The notes under the pieces: generated by a model
Told to the model about the DNA's origin: nothing
What the model saw: only the letters and a program-made list of their open reading frames with translations
Databases searched by the model: none
Position numbers and translations under genes: made by a program
Shown here: positions 13,171-26,182 of the stretch, in pieces
Numbering within the stretch: position 1 is the first letter of the stretch
How the letters are laid out: each line of letters begins with the position of its first letter
Assembly: GCF_009834535.1 (NCBI RefSeq)
Contig: NC_045696.1
Location: 14,386,001-14,450,000 of the forward strand
DNA: 64,000 bases
Direction: 5' to 3'
Source: Camelus ferus
Lineage: Eukaryota

Positions 13171-14989
13171 TTGTGTCAATCGCCTAAAACTATGGTACTT
13201 ATATGAGCTCAGATAAAAGATCCTGATGGCAAATCCCACTGTGAGAAACTGTTACTGCTCTGGTGAGTAAGGAAGAGAGCTGGTAAGATTGAACCCTGAA
13301 ATTTGAAAAACCTACTTCCTTATAGAACTCTTTAAAATATTGAGACTGGATACACCTTAAAAACTCAAAAAAAAAATAGATATCTAACATAGAAAGCCAC
13401 ATTTTAACCAAAATTATCCATGTTCAATTGGGTATATATCCCCTAATGCATGGTTTTAGAGAGTGTGTTTAACAGGGCTCTGGTCCTTGGTGATATCCTA
13501 AGGGAGGAAAGTGTTTGGGATGCATTCCACTCTCAGAGAGTCATGATGTATACCAGAATATTAGAAGCTCAGATAAAATCTACAGTAAAGAAACCAAAGA
13601 AACTTTACTTTCACTCATCCAGTATTTTTCAAATTTATTCTATCTGGAATTTTTTTTTTGAGGGACAAGGACAAGAGAGAGGATTATTTATTTTTGATAA
13701 TTCATAGAACTAGAGCTCCATATAAAACTGTTCTAACATGTTGAGTCAACACGCTCTCAACAGAGTAACTATTTTGAGCTTGCTTCAAGGGAAAAAAGAA
13801 AACAGTTTTTCTTTGTGCAAGTGGCAGTCATTATGTGCATTAAATAGAACAATTCAGATAGATGACGTGATGTGCCAACCATGTCAACTGAGCTGGAATC
13901 ATTACTTTTATCAAGAAGCAGAAAAATATTCACAGAAACTGAGAAAGCAAAAAAAAAAAAGATAAAAAGAGAAGAGGAAAATGCTGATTTTTTTAAATAT
14001 TGGGGAAAATTGTTTTCTCTTTCATTATGCAAACTACATTCTGGGTGACTATCATCTGGATTCTCAGCACTGAAGCACAAAGATAAATGAAACAACATTG
14101 CAGAAATCTGGATTCCAAGGTATAAGCAAAGAAAAGTGTGAAGATTCAGCATGTGCTCGAAAATTCTTCAACAGCCACGGTTTCAGAAGAAAGCACTACG
14201 GCCAGTAGATACAACTGTAGCCATAGACCTCAGAGTTGAGCTTTCAAACTCAAAACCAATGGAAGACATTGTGCCCACATTTTCCTTTACAGCAGACCTC
14301 CAAGGCCCGCTCTTCATGGGTTATAGCTCCCTTACGATTCAAAGAGCAAGTTCCCAGAGAAAGAACTGTGGCTGTCTGTGTCAGGAGAGAAAGATAAGGT
14401 GTAAAGGGGAAAATTAATGCCTGGATTTTGATGTCTCCTTCCGCCTAAAGACAGCTGTAGCCTTTTCCTCATTAAGAAGTGTGACATCACCTAAGGACCT
14501 TCCCTCTCAACATGCATAGTAATTGTTTGGAAAAATCCTTTTTTCTAATCTTAACATTTTCTGGCTCATTAAGAAATGCACCTACTTTGCAAAGGAATTA
14601 AAGCACACTCAACAAATCATATAAAATATACTATATTTTCGAAGTCAGTGGGTAGCACTAAACTTAATTTCATGCAACTCTGATATTTAGCAAGGGACTA
14701 CTCTTTGTTGATATGACTTTATTAGTTTGTTCCTTGGATGTGTATTACCGCCAGGCCACTGTTAACCTAATATTTTGTATTATCCACAGTATCCAAAGCC
14801 TACCAATGATTCGTAAGAAAAATCATGTAAATTTATTTCTGGATACAAGTCATCCATAGACATATACGGAACTTGAGAGAGTCACCATGTGAATCTCAAT
14901 CAGTTTAATCAAATCTATCCTTTTATCTACAGAAAAATCCATGTTAAAATAACACAGCCTATACCTGAAGATTCAATTGCTATGGGATC

Positions 14990-15430
14990 ACACCCACCTG
15001 ATGTTCTGCAGATGTCTCAAATGCAGTAGTCTCTAAAGGAAAATTATTATCTGTGGTCCACCTCATTTATCCTTCTACTGTATGCCCTCTCATGGGTAAG
15101 GACATCACTATCCACTGATCTTCCAAAATAGAAACTTGAAAGTCACCTTTGAGCACCAGTTACTTTTGAGCTCACCTCAAGCGTTTATCATCGCAGGTTT
15201 CTCTGGTTATCAGGTAAAGAGAATTCTTACACAATTTCAGGGCTCCTTCTTACTCACCCTAAAAGGCTAAGCTCGTCACCTGATATTCGAGATACTCAAG
15301 AAAGGGATTACTGAGTCACGCTTTGTGTTCCATGCCTAACCTTAATAATAATTTTTGGAGCCACACTGGAACTCACTGTTTTTTTTGAACTCATCATAAG
15401 CATTCATATCTCCACAATTTGGGCCTTACA
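14990..15430 (-). mobile_element. Degraded L2 LINE fragment
   Basis: ACCTGATGTTCTGCAGATGTCTCAAATGCAG...CATCACTATCCAC...AGAAACTTGAAAGTCACCTTTGA resembles antisense L2. Confidence 0.55.
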
Positions 15431-16515
15431 GCTTAATCTATGGGGAGCTACCCTCCTTTTTTCTCCCTTCACTCTACCCCACCCAACACCACTTGTTTCA
15501 ATGTCCCCTGATTTTAAATGTGTAAATTACCCTGCAAGAGTTACCAGAAACGCCCTTTTCAATATGATGTCACCTGAGGCCATCATATGCATTTCTTCTC
15601 TGGGTGATATGCAAAATTGGGTGATACAATGAGCAAGGAAAGCCATCAAATTATAACAAAAGAAAGAAAAGAATAGAAGGAGAATCTAATCATAATTCTA
15701 AACCACCAATCTTTCCAATGCCCTTGAAGAGTCCAGTCAGCAGCTTTGAAAAATCACTCGCTTGATAGGTGCTACACAGAAACAAGTTCTCTAGGGAGAA
15801 AAAGAAAAATCAGAAAACTATTCTAAAATGCCAAAGGTTTTTGTCTGTTTTGCAGTGGGTTTATTTGGCCTTCAAATGTCACAACTCACTTTGAAAGGCC
15901 CAAACCACCCATGGAAATATTACACAGCTCAGTCAGCACTATTCACTAGTAAGCGTAGTTTGCCTTTTCAATTACTATTTCACCAGAGATATGGGCAGCC
16001 TCAAATAATTTTGTTGAGAGCCACTCATATAAAACATGGCCTAGACATGTTAGTTTTGCAGTACATATGGAACACTGGGAGCTGGCAGACTTAACCTTCA
16101 ATCGGAGAAGAATTGGGTCAGCCAGCCTGTCTGAACTTTCATACTACAGAACACAGAAGATGAAACAATTCCATGATCCATCAGAATTGTGCTGCTCTTG
16201 TTCTCATGCAAGTCATATGGATATTTCTATTTTTCTTAATATTCATGGAACTGTCTTGGCCTTCTCATTCTTATCTTACTTAGAGAGAGAGTGGAATCCA
16301 TCTTGAATGCTGGTTTCTCTGGGTCAGCTAGCACAGCTCTTCCTCAGTGTTCTCCAGAATGCTTTTCACAGAATGCTAGTCCCACTACGTGCTCCAAGGT
16401 AAAAGGGTACCATGGTTAAAGAGAGAGAGAGAGAGAAACATTTGAATACTATATCTCTCTAGCAGAGATTCACAGCAATTATTAATATAATAGCAATATT
16501 AAAAATCTGAGAGGA

Positions 16516-16577
16516 TAGTGATTCTGTATAATCAAAACTAACACAATATTGTAAATGAACTATACTTCAATTTTTTT
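16516..16577 (+). mobile_element. Very short 5'-truncated L1 tail
   Basis: AAACTAACACAATATTGTAAATGAACTATACTTCAAT with perfect 13-bp TSD AAATCTGAGAGGA at 16503-16515 and 16578-16590. Confidence 0.85.
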
Positions 16578-16708
16578 AAATCTGAGAGGAGGACACAAAT
16601 CATGTAAAAATGAATTGGATTTGAACTTCTCAAACATCTACCCTATTGAACTCCTCCTCTCCATTCCAAAATTAATATAGCACCAAACTAGATTTCTGCA
16701 GAACTTCA

Positions 16709-16830
16709 CAGATAAAATACAGAATCTCAGTTACATTTGAATTTAAAAGGTAAACAACACATTTTTAGTATAAGTTTGTCCCCAATACTTGTCTCAACAG
16801 GGACATATTTATAGTAAAAAAAAAATTTAT
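16709..16830. mobile_element. MER53-like hAT MITE: one arm plus centre
   Basis: CAGATAAAATACAGAATCTCAGTTACATTTGAATTT...TTTTTAGTATAAGTTTGTCCC...GGGACATATTTATAGTAAAAA (palindromic centre). Confidence 0.75.
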
Positions 16831-17148
16831 TTTAAAAGACCAAGGCTAACAGTAGTAGACACAGCAGAGGATGAGAGTTGGGAAGATATCCTAAGGTGAT
16901 AAAGAGAACTAGAGACTGATTGTGAGATACGGCATCTCCCACTAGAAGAGCCTACCCATTTGCAGGTGATGAGCTGTGTGCCAGCTTAACCTCACTGCAC
17001 CATCACATGCCCCTGAGGACTGCGGCGGGGGGGGGGCACATGCATCCAGGACAGGACAGACATCAGGAGGAGCTGGCTAGTTCTCTGTGGTTAGATGGCT
17101 GGCTAAGTCCTCTAGAGTAAAGAGCAGTTGCCTAAGTGCACCCGGCAT

Positions 17149-17230
17149 AGGATTGCCATAACAAACAAATAGAAATAAATGACTCCCAGTTACATTTGAA
17201 TTTCAGGTAAACTATGAATCATTTTTTACT
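17149..17230. mobile_element. MER53-like hAT MITE: isolated arm
   Basis: AGGATTGCCA...CCCAGTTACATTTGAATTTCAGGTAAACTATGAATCATTTTTTACT. Confidence 0.7.
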
Positions 17231-18004
17231 GAATGAGGAAGATGTATGGGGCCCTTATCAAAGAGTATAGAGTCTAACAGTGGTTGACATAGCGTGTGAT
17301 GCTCCAGGACAGACTAAGTGCAAAATAACTCATCAAGAAATGAGAACGGATAAGGAGCCACCGTATCTGAATAGTGCTGCTGCATATTTATAGAAACAGC
17401 ACTCAGACACCATTTAGTGGTTCCATCACTGACTATGTTTATTGGGCAAACAAATCACCCCTGTTCTATTTCCTCATCCTTTAAATCAGATCGTTGTATA
17501 AATTAATCTCTAAAGTCTCTTCCAGCACCAATATCTTACAAAAGATATTGCTACACAATGAAAAATAGAGGTCAGAATGGAGGATTTCATCATTAAGATG
17601 ATACTGTGTGGCTTACCCTTACTAGATGGAAAATAACATTATGTGCCTATGGTTCAATTATGGAGATGTTGCCTGATCAATTCCCATTTTACTTCAAGTT
17701 ACAAATATCTAAATTATTCTCAGTCTTTGTAGGCATCACCAGAATCATTTACATCTCAACTTTCCAGAAGTATTTTCCTTTCAGTTTGAAAAATAACTCC
17801 TCCTAGAAAGATAGATCCTTAAATGCTGTGAGTAACCCCTGAATATGTCAGTTTAGTGCCCAAATGGAATAAAACAGGGCTACTTGGTGAACAGACAGAA
17901 CTAGAAATCTCATTCAGATTCATCCACCACGTTCAGAGTGCCCACTATGAGTCAAACTTTTGCAGTATGTTCTTTCGTTCTTAAAACCACATTATGAATC
18001 ATTG

Positions 18005-18533
18005 CAGATACAAGCTTGCTGTTCACCAGACTCATTTTCTCTTCCTCCTTTGCCTGCATCTACAATATGTGAACCAATGCTTTGCATTTAAGTGAAGCCA
18101 TATGACTGGAAACTTGCCAATGAAATGGGGGCAGAAACAATGTGTGCGACTTTCAAGGCAGGCTCCAAAACCCTCCCCTCATGTGATCCCCACACTCCTT
18201 GCCCTTCTGTAGCCACATTAGAAGCCTTGTGTTAAAGCTAGAAAAGGTGCAGGACACTATGCTGTACACCGGAAATTAATACAACATTGTAAACTGACTA
18301 TACTTCAATTAAAAATAAATAAAAATTTAAAAAACAAAAAATAAAACACACACAAAAAAAGGTACAGGATAGAAAGTTTCTGTTTCCAAATCATCTGCTG
18401 GAGAAGAGCCACCCATCACTCAGTGACACCCACTCAAGACTAGATCTAAGCAGGAAATAAACTCCTACTGTGTTAAGCTGTTTATAAACTATGCAGTTTA
18501 TCTTTACAGCAATGAGCATTACCTTAGTTAACA
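18005..18533 (+). mobile_element. MaLR solo LTR (MLT1I/J-like) interrupted by an L1 tail
   Basis: GCCATATGACTGG...GCCAATGAAATGGGGGCAGAAACAATGTGTGCGACTTTCAAGGC...GAAATAAACTCCTACTGTGTTAAGC. Confidence 0.75.
18255..18356 (+). mobile_element. Short L1 3' tail with A-rich tail
   Basis: CTATGCTGTACACCGGAAATTAATACAACATTGTAAACTGACTATACTTCAATTAAAA; TSD AAAAGGTGCAGGA (18242-18254) / AAAAGGTACAGGA (18357-18369). Confidence 0.9.
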
Positions 18534-18539
18534 TTTGAA

Positions 18540-18680
18540 GTCAGCATTACTATACCCATTTTACACATGAAGAACAGAGCCTCTGAGAGATCAAACAGCA
18601 TAACTTTCTGTCAATATGGTAGAATGGAATCCATCACTAGACCCAGCTCCAAGTCTTGTGATTTTTCCAAAACAGTGCTG
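18540..18680 (-). mobile_element. MIR SINE fragment
   Basis: CATTACTATACCCATTTTACACATGAAGAACAGAGCCTCTGAGAGA core. Confidence 0.7.
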
Positions 18681-19340
18681 CCTCTATTCCAAATTTCTGA
18701 TTTCCAGAAGAGCATTACATATGCTTTTCAGAACATTTTCAGGCTTTTCCTTACAAAAGAAATTTTCCAGAATTATATGCTGACATGTGGGAAGAGTCAA
18801 TGAGTTAATATCTTGGCAAGAGCTACCAGAAAAATTGAGTTACTTCCTTATTTTAATCAAATCAATTTGAAAATTTGAATCCTGGGATTTATAACTGTAA
18901 CTTTTACCCAGGGAGTAAGTTTTAAGATAAAGTTTCTTCACTTTATAATAGTGAGTTTTATTTCCACATTTCATCCTCTATGGAAAACAGAAGGATGCAC
19001 GGATTATGAAACACATTATTTCTTAATGTGATTTCTGGTCCTCAGCAACCTTTTACCTTTTCATAAATGTGTAGTTGAATGAATATGATCAGTAAAAAAT
19101 ATATAGTAACATAGACAATGGCTATACCTGTTCACCAAGCCTGCCTTCGACAAAAGAAGAATTCTGGGAAAATACAGCAATGAACAAACAGACTTGCCCT
19201 TGCAATTAGCCCAGTTAAGCTCCCCAAATCCGTAAAATGTAGGATGTTTCCATACCTACCTTTACAAAAAATCCAAAACAGTTTGGTTACAACTTTTCTA
19301 TGAGAAAATCACTACAATCTTTTTTGAAAAATGATTTCTT

Positions 19341-19954
19341 CCCAGTCCTGGGCATATATTCAGAGAAAAATAAAATTCAGAAAGATACATGTACCCCAAT
19401 GCTCATAGCAGCACTATTTATGATAGCCAAGACATGGAAACAACCCAAATGTTCATCAACAGATGACTGGATAAAGATATGGCACATATATACAATGGAA
19501 CACTATCAGCCATAAAAAAGTATACAATAATGCCGTTTGCAGCAATATGGATGGATCTGAACACCGTCATTCAAACTGAAGTGGGCCAGAAAGAGAAAGA
19601 AAAATGCCATACGACATCATTTATATGAAGAATCTAAAAAATAATAACAATAATAATGGCACAAATGAGCTAATTATTATTTTGATTTCTTAAATATGTG
19701 TAAGCGCATTTGACTGTCCTTTATGATTGGATTACCACATTCTGTTGATTCCTATTTTGTGGTTGGCTTTACACCTTTGATAACTATGTAAGTTTAAAAA
19801 GCTTAAGATCTAATCTATTCTTAGAAACAATAATTATTACATATATGAAAACTAAAAAAAGTACAGTATACTGTTTATATGTATTTACATGCAATATAAT
19901 GTGTATGTGCACAATCAAACTGTAATAATTCTACATAATAAAACTGGAAAAAAA
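19341..19954 (+). mobile_element. TSD-flanked retro-insertion: L1 ORF2 C-terminus/3'UTR (19341-~19673) fused to non-L1 sequence with poly(A) signal
   Basis: Translation ...KDTCTPMLIAALFMIAKTWKQPKC matches the L1 ORF2 C-terminus; perfect 15-bp TSD GAAAAATGATTTCTT at 19326-19340 and 19955-19969. Confidence 0.8.
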
Positions 19955-20021
19955 GAAAAATGATTTCTTTTCTTTAGGATTAATACCCTCATCTATTTCT
20001 TCCAAAAGATTTTAAGATGCA

Positions 20022-20408
20022 TGTGATGTGATTAAGTTTATGTATCAACTTGGCTGGACCAGTGTGCCCAGATATTTGGTCACAACATTATTCTGGATGC
20101 TTCTGTGAGGGTGTTTTGGATGAGATTAACATTTAAATTGGTGTACCTTGAGCAAAGCAGATTACTCTCCATAGCATGAGTGGGTCACCCAATCAGTTGA
20201 AGGCTGATTAGAATGAAAGATGGACCTCCCCTAAGCTAGAGGGAATTCTGCCAACAGAGAGCCCTTGGACTTGAGCTGTAGCACCTACTCTCCCTCTATA
20301 TCCAGCCTGATGGTCCACCTTGCAAATTTTGGACTTACCAGTCTCTGCAAACCCATGAGACAATTCCTTATAATAAAACAATCCCTCTCTCTCTCTGTGT
20401 CTGTCTAA

Positions 20409-20450
<42 letters not shown>

Positions 20451-20488
20451 TATTGATTCTATTTCTCTGGAGAACCTGGCTAAATATA
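20022..20488 (+). mobile_element. ERVL solo LTR (MLT2B-like) containing (CA)n at ~20413-20447
   Basis: TTTATGTATCAACTTGGCTGG...TGCCCAGATATTTGGTCA...TTCTATTTCTCTGGAGAACCTGGCTAAATATA. Confidence 0.9.
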
Positions 20489-20707
20489 GTACCTCAATTA
20501 TTAATTACAGTTTGAATTATAGAAATAAATAAGAATCTAAAAACTCAAAAATTATCTTCTCCTTATATTTACTGAACATGCATTTAATAATAATCTTCTG
20601 GGAACTGTGAGTACCAGGCCAAGAAGTCTCAATAGCATTCATCAGGTAATGAATGTGTCTTGACATTTCTGAGTGGAAAACTGACATTATCAGATTTGTG
20701 GCTTTAG

Positions 20708-21180
20708 TGTTATGGGTTGGATTGTGCCTCCCTAGAATTCATATGTTGAAGTTCTAACCCCAGTATTTCATATTGTGACATTGTTTGGAAATAAGTTTTT
20801 TGCAGGTAGAATTTGTAAAGATGAGATCATACCTGAGTAAGGTATGTCACTAGTTCAATATGACTGGTGTCTTTATAAAAAGGGGAAATTTGGACACAGA
20901 CATGAGCACACACACAGGGAGAATGTCATGTAAAGATGAAGGCAGAGGTCAGAGCGATGCTTCTACAAGCCAAGGAATGCCCCAAATTGTCAGCAAACCA
21001 CCCGAAGTTCTGGGTGAGTCATGGAACAGTTTCTCCCTCAGAGTCCTCAGAAGGAACAGATCTCAGTAACACCTTGATCTCAGACTGCAGCCTTCAGAAC
21101 TTTGGGACATTAAATTTCTGTTATTTAAGCCACCCAGTTTGTGATCCTTAGTTACAGCAGCCCTAGGAGGTGAAAAACAA
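20708..21180 (+). mobile_element. MaLR solo LTR (MLT1B-like)
   Basis: TGTTATGGGTTGGATTGTG...AATATGACTGGTGTCTTTATAAAAAGGGGAAATTTGGACACAGAC...TTTAAGCCACCCAGTTTGTG...GTTACAGCAGCCCTAGGA. Confidence 0.9.
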
Positions 21181-22824
21181 TAGATCTGGGAGTGCTATGC
21201 ATAAAAGGAAGACACTTAGCTCACTTACAAGCTAATTGCAATGCTCTAGTATAAGGCAATGAGTTCCCATAGAAGGTAAGGCTAGAGAAAATGCTAAGAG
21301 AAAGACAGAATTGTTATGGTAGAAGGAATTAAATGTGTGAAGTTAGGGGGAAGAGAAGTAAAAAAATGATGACAGAATTTCAATCCCAGGTGACTTGGAA
21401 GATGGTAGCAGCATTAATCAAGAGGTAAAAATCAGTATGATTAGAAGCTTTGGCAAAAGAGTATTTCGTCTTAGTAAAACAGTCTTCTCTGCCATTATGC
21501 AACTGATGTGTTCCTAAGAAGAGTTGCATTAAAATGCTTAAATGGAGGGAAAAGGTAGTGCAGGGGGTTTGACTTTCAGGCCCAAAATGATAGAGTCACT
21601 TTTTAATGTAGGAATTCCAATAATAAATTCCGAAATAAATTTATCTAGAAATAAATTATAGTTGTAAGCATATGGCTATGAAACTTACACATATCTAAAC
21701 AAATCTTGCCCTTGACCACACCCAACTCTGCTCCAGAGTAATCACCTGTCTTTTTTATAGGTACTAGCCTATCATTAGCACAATTTTTACACTAGATTGT
21801 CACTTCTATCATCCATTTTTATAGTAAAGCATAGAATGACTTACACAAAGCAAATATGTTTGCTTATAACAGGTTCTTGCCTGTGCTAATGGGAGCTGGT
21901 CCTTAATCTTAATTGTTTTATAATCTCAAATGTGGAGTACAAATCTTATCCCTGATTAATGTATTATACTATGGCTCATTTGAATTCTGAAAATTTCTTT
22001 GAATTTTATTATAAGACATCTTTCTGGAAATGCCCAGTAAGCAGTGAAATAGAGGAAAAGGAAGTATATGAAAGAAGTTGGATCTAGAGATCTTAGTCAA
22101 AAAAGACCTCAGATTCACAAAAGCTAACACAAAGTCCTACAGATATTGGGCCATTTATAAATTCTGAAGCATGAACTGTAGCTTACTAAAAATATAAAGA
22201 GACGAAGCAGATATTTACCAAGGCTAAGTTCAAAGTGCAGAGCCCACCTTCTCTGAAGGCAGAATGCAGTTTTAGAGGGCACTGGTCTGGGTCTGTAACC
22301 CAATGTGTCCATCATTCATTTCCACCATTCAGTCATTAACAGTACATTCTATTGAGTCTCACAAGCTTTCTATCTGCCAGATTTAAAGACAATATCCCAG
22401 AGGTTGGTTATATTTTCAGCTTTTATCATAGTTGTATTATAAATAAGCATCATATAAGAAAAATCTACCTTTTTCAGAGAACTTAGGGGACATAACACCT
22501 TGGTAAGCACTTAATGAGCATTTGTAAGAAAAAGGCAAATCACGTGGAATCCCTAATAGAAGATATAGAAGAAAATATACAAGGTCTAGAAGATATTTTG
22601 TGCTACATAACTAAGTTAGAGCTCCATGACAGCAGGAGTAAACCACATAGCCAGCACCTGGCATACAAACTAGAACATTACCAGTCCTCTAGTGTTTGTG
22701 GGTGGAAGGGAGGGAGGAAGGAAGAATGGAAGGAAGGATGGGAAGGAGGGAGAAATTTGGTTTTGAGCTGAATATGATAATGTCCCAGAGACAATGGCCT
22801 TCTTTGTGTCTAAAATTTACTTTA

Positions 22825-23422
22825 TTGTGAATAGTGTTGCTATAGCCAAGACATGGAAACAACCTAAATGATGACTGGATAAAGAAGTTGTGGTATATTT
22901 CTACAATGGAATACTACTCAGCCATAAAAAAGAATAAGATAATGTCATTTGCAGTAGCATGAATGGAACTGGAGATTGTCATTCTAAGTGAACTAAGCCA
23001 GAAAAAGAAAGAAAAAACACCATATGACATCACTTATATGTGGTGCCTTAAAAAAACACAAATGAACTTATTTACAAAATAGAAACAGACTCACAGACAT
23101 AGAAAACAAACTTATGGTTATGGGGAGGGGAAAGGGGGTGGGCAGGGATAAATTGGGAGTTTGAGATTTCCTCCAGATACTAACTACTATATGTAAAATA
23201 GATAAAAAACAAGTTTATACTGTATAACAGAAGGAACTATATTCAATACCTTGTAGTAACTTATAATGAAAAAGAATATGAAAACAAATATATGTATGTA
23301 TGTGCATGACTGAAACATGCTCTGCACCAGAAACTGGCACAATGCTGTAAACTGATGATACTTCAATAAAAAGATGAAAAAATATTTTAATATAAAAAAT
23401 ATAAGGATGGGAAAAATAAAAC
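22825..23422 (+). mobile_element. 5'-truncated artiodactyl-type L1 with a short 5' inversion
   Basis: L1 ORF2 end and 3'UTR (TAGCCAAGACATGGAAACAACC...GATACTTCAATAAAA); TSD AAAATTTACTTTA at 22812-22824 and 23423-23435. Confidence 0.9.
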
Positions 23423-23859
23423 AAAATTTACTTTAAAGTTGTTTTCATCACTAGAATATAAATGTCACTCTTGTACCCAGATTTTCAGTAAAGTCTGTTA
23501 AATACACAAATGCCTGTGTAAAGTGGACTTTGTGGAAATCAAGAGAAAGAAATAGTGCTACTATGTCTGAATCATTATAGTCTGAACAGAAACAGAGTAG
23601 AGAATAGGAAGAAGACCTGTAAAAGGAACTAATTCTTCTAAAGTAAAAATTCCAAACCAAGAAAGATTTGGAAAGTCACCATCCTCCAACCTCTCCCCTC
23701 TCAGATTCCTCAGTGGTCCTGAGAGTAGCCAGGACCTCCACCAGAGAGGGAAGGGAACTGGAGAAAGCCAATTCTGCTTTGTTATCAAATGACAGGGTGC
23801 CTCAGCTGGTACCTGGGATGCACACATGTTATCTGGGTTTATTCCTGAAAACAAGGTAT

Positions 23860-23985
23860 AAGATGCTATTATTATCTTTGTTTTACAGATGAGCTAAGGT
23901 TTAGGGAGCTTAACAGAGCTGTAGCCAAGGGGCAGAAACCAGGATTTGAACCAAACTCCCTTAAACTGCTTCCCCACAATAGCTT
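23860..23985 (-). mobile_element. MIR SINE fragment
   Basis: TATTATTATCTTTGTTTTACAGATGAG...GGCAGAAACCAGGATTTGAACC. Confidence 0.75.
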
Positions 23986-25058
23986 ACATACAAGATGATT
24001 TCTAGGTCCTAGACCAAGAAGAGAAATAAATCATCATTCTCCTATCTTTTAAAAGACTGTCTTCAAAGACAAACTTTGAAACTTTACAATGTATTATGAA
24101 ATAAAGCAAAGAATGGAGAAAAGTTTCAAAGCTCAAGTACAAACAGAATCGCTCTAATAACAAAAGAGATGTTTCCCCAAACAGCCATAAGAGCATGGAA
24201 GTAGCTCGGCAGGAGAGCTACAGCATCCTTGGGTGTTCCCACCATCACAGTAAATAGCCCCAGCAAAGGCTTTGCTCATATCAGCCCATAAAAACCTGCG
24301 TTATTACATATTACCATTGCTTCGATCTCATACATCAGAGAAGATTAGCCATCTAAATAGAAAGAAAGAGAAGGTATCTCTGTTCTTATCATTTTTTACT
24401 GAAACCTAGAAAGCTAAAGAATACAAAAAAATTAGTGATTTGTCAGCCTCTGAGAAACTTTCTATTTTCTAAATCGTATGTGAAGTAACTGAAATAAACA
24501 GTTATAAGAGTCATGTAAACACCAGGTTTGAAGGGGCCATCTAGGGGTCCTCTCGTGATTTATGTTGTAGAATAAACCAGGGCATTTTTGAAAGCCAGCA
24601 TATTATTTTTAAAAAGAAGAGCTATGAAACGGATGTATAATAGAAGCCATGAGTTTACTGTGAGTCATACATGCTAACATTTCTTTGATTAGAGGGATCA
24701 TTTATTCCAAGAGTTGAGTCAAGAATAGGGAGAAATGAAAGTTTCCTGTCCAGAAATTATCCATACATTTTGCCTCTCTGAAAAACCATTAGTGAAATAA
24801 GAAAACCATTCTGTGCTGACAAAAATCCATGATCGGATTCTTCACAAGGCACTAAGCACCTCTGTTATGAGAAAAAGCTCCCATTGCTCCTGGCAAGCAC
24901 ACTACCTGTGTCTCCGCTTTCTGTGAAAAAACAAACAAAAAAAACTTCCTTTTCTGTTTCCCCTTGAGCAACTATGAAAAGGAAACACAGAGGTTTGTTT
25001 CTGGTCATAACTGAATGAGGGAAAAAGGACACCAATTGGCAGTCAGTTCTCATTTTCT

Positions 25059-25078
25059 AAAAAAAAAAAAAAAAAAAA
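25059..25078. repeat. Poly(A) tract
   Basis: Run of about 20 A. Confidence 0.9.
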
Positions 25079-25810
25079 CAGGCAAAAGGTGTTAGCATTT
25101 CGACCACCAGTCCAGATGGCTTGTTTTACCTGTGTTACAGGGGAAAGCAAGCATGAAATAAGGCCCTAGGTATTAAAATTAACCAACATGTGTTTGAAAT
25201 TTGTTTTTAAGTCTCTTCTGCCCAGATTGACTAAAACACGGAACTTTGGTTTACTCTGAACATATCTGGGGGTCTACCAATTGGCAGGAGCAAGTGAGGG
25301 AAATATAAAGCTACAGCCACCCCTTCGGATGCCACGAATCTCAGGGCCTGGAAACCACTTCCCCATCCTTCCTCCTTCTCCCTGCATCTCATCTGATCAC
25401 GGAGGGAACCTCTGCAAAGTTTTCCACTGTGGTCCTCTGATGAAGTAAGACTCTGAACCTCTCTAACTGAATCCACTGCCTCGTACACTGTACAATTCCC
25501 CAAACAACTTGGTTTCTCAGATAACTTTTTTTTTGTCTTACATGGTCATTATTCTGTAAGCCCATAAAAAAATGGGGGAAAAGTAGAGGACTAGCCACTC
25601 CACTTGACTACAGGTTTAAAGACTCTCTAACCAGGTAAAATATAAGATGATCCCTTGCTTGTAATAAAACACCATGACTGAACCCATACTCCATGCTCAG
25701 AAAATAAAATATCAGACCCTGATCAGCAAAGGATGATTTATAGATAGCAAAAATTCTTACAAATAAAGAACTCTATTGAGACACACATTTGCAATGCCAA
25801 GCAATGAAGG

Positions 25811-25816
25811 TTTATT
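25811..25816 (-). terminator. Poly(A) signal AATAAA of KRTAP11-1
   Basis: TTTATT on the plus strand, ~370 nt past the stop codon, followed on the minus strand by a GT/T-rich element (AAATGTGTGTCTC...TTCTTTATTTGT). Confidence 0.8.
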
Positions 25817-26182
25817 GAGAAACACAGAGTGAGACAAGTTCCCTTTTTCAGAGGCACAAAAACAGAAGCCAGAAGCCAGACAAAGCAGAAAGGTCAAGAC
25901 GTGCCAAAACCATTAGAGACTTGCGCGTGGGTGGTAAATTTCTGGAAACATCCAGAGGTATACGTGCCACCGGTGATCAAACCCTTAAAATAAGATTGGT
26001 GCTGGCCAGGAAACTCTTAGATGGCCAAAGGCAGCTTATTCAGGGCTGGCAGCCAGCAATCAGGCAGTTAGAATAGCAGTCAGCAATGAAGAATTCTTCA
26101 GGGACAGACAGCATGTTGGAAGATCCTGGAAACACAGCTGACAGGTCATAGAGGCTTGATTCGCTCACTGGCTCCTGCACAC

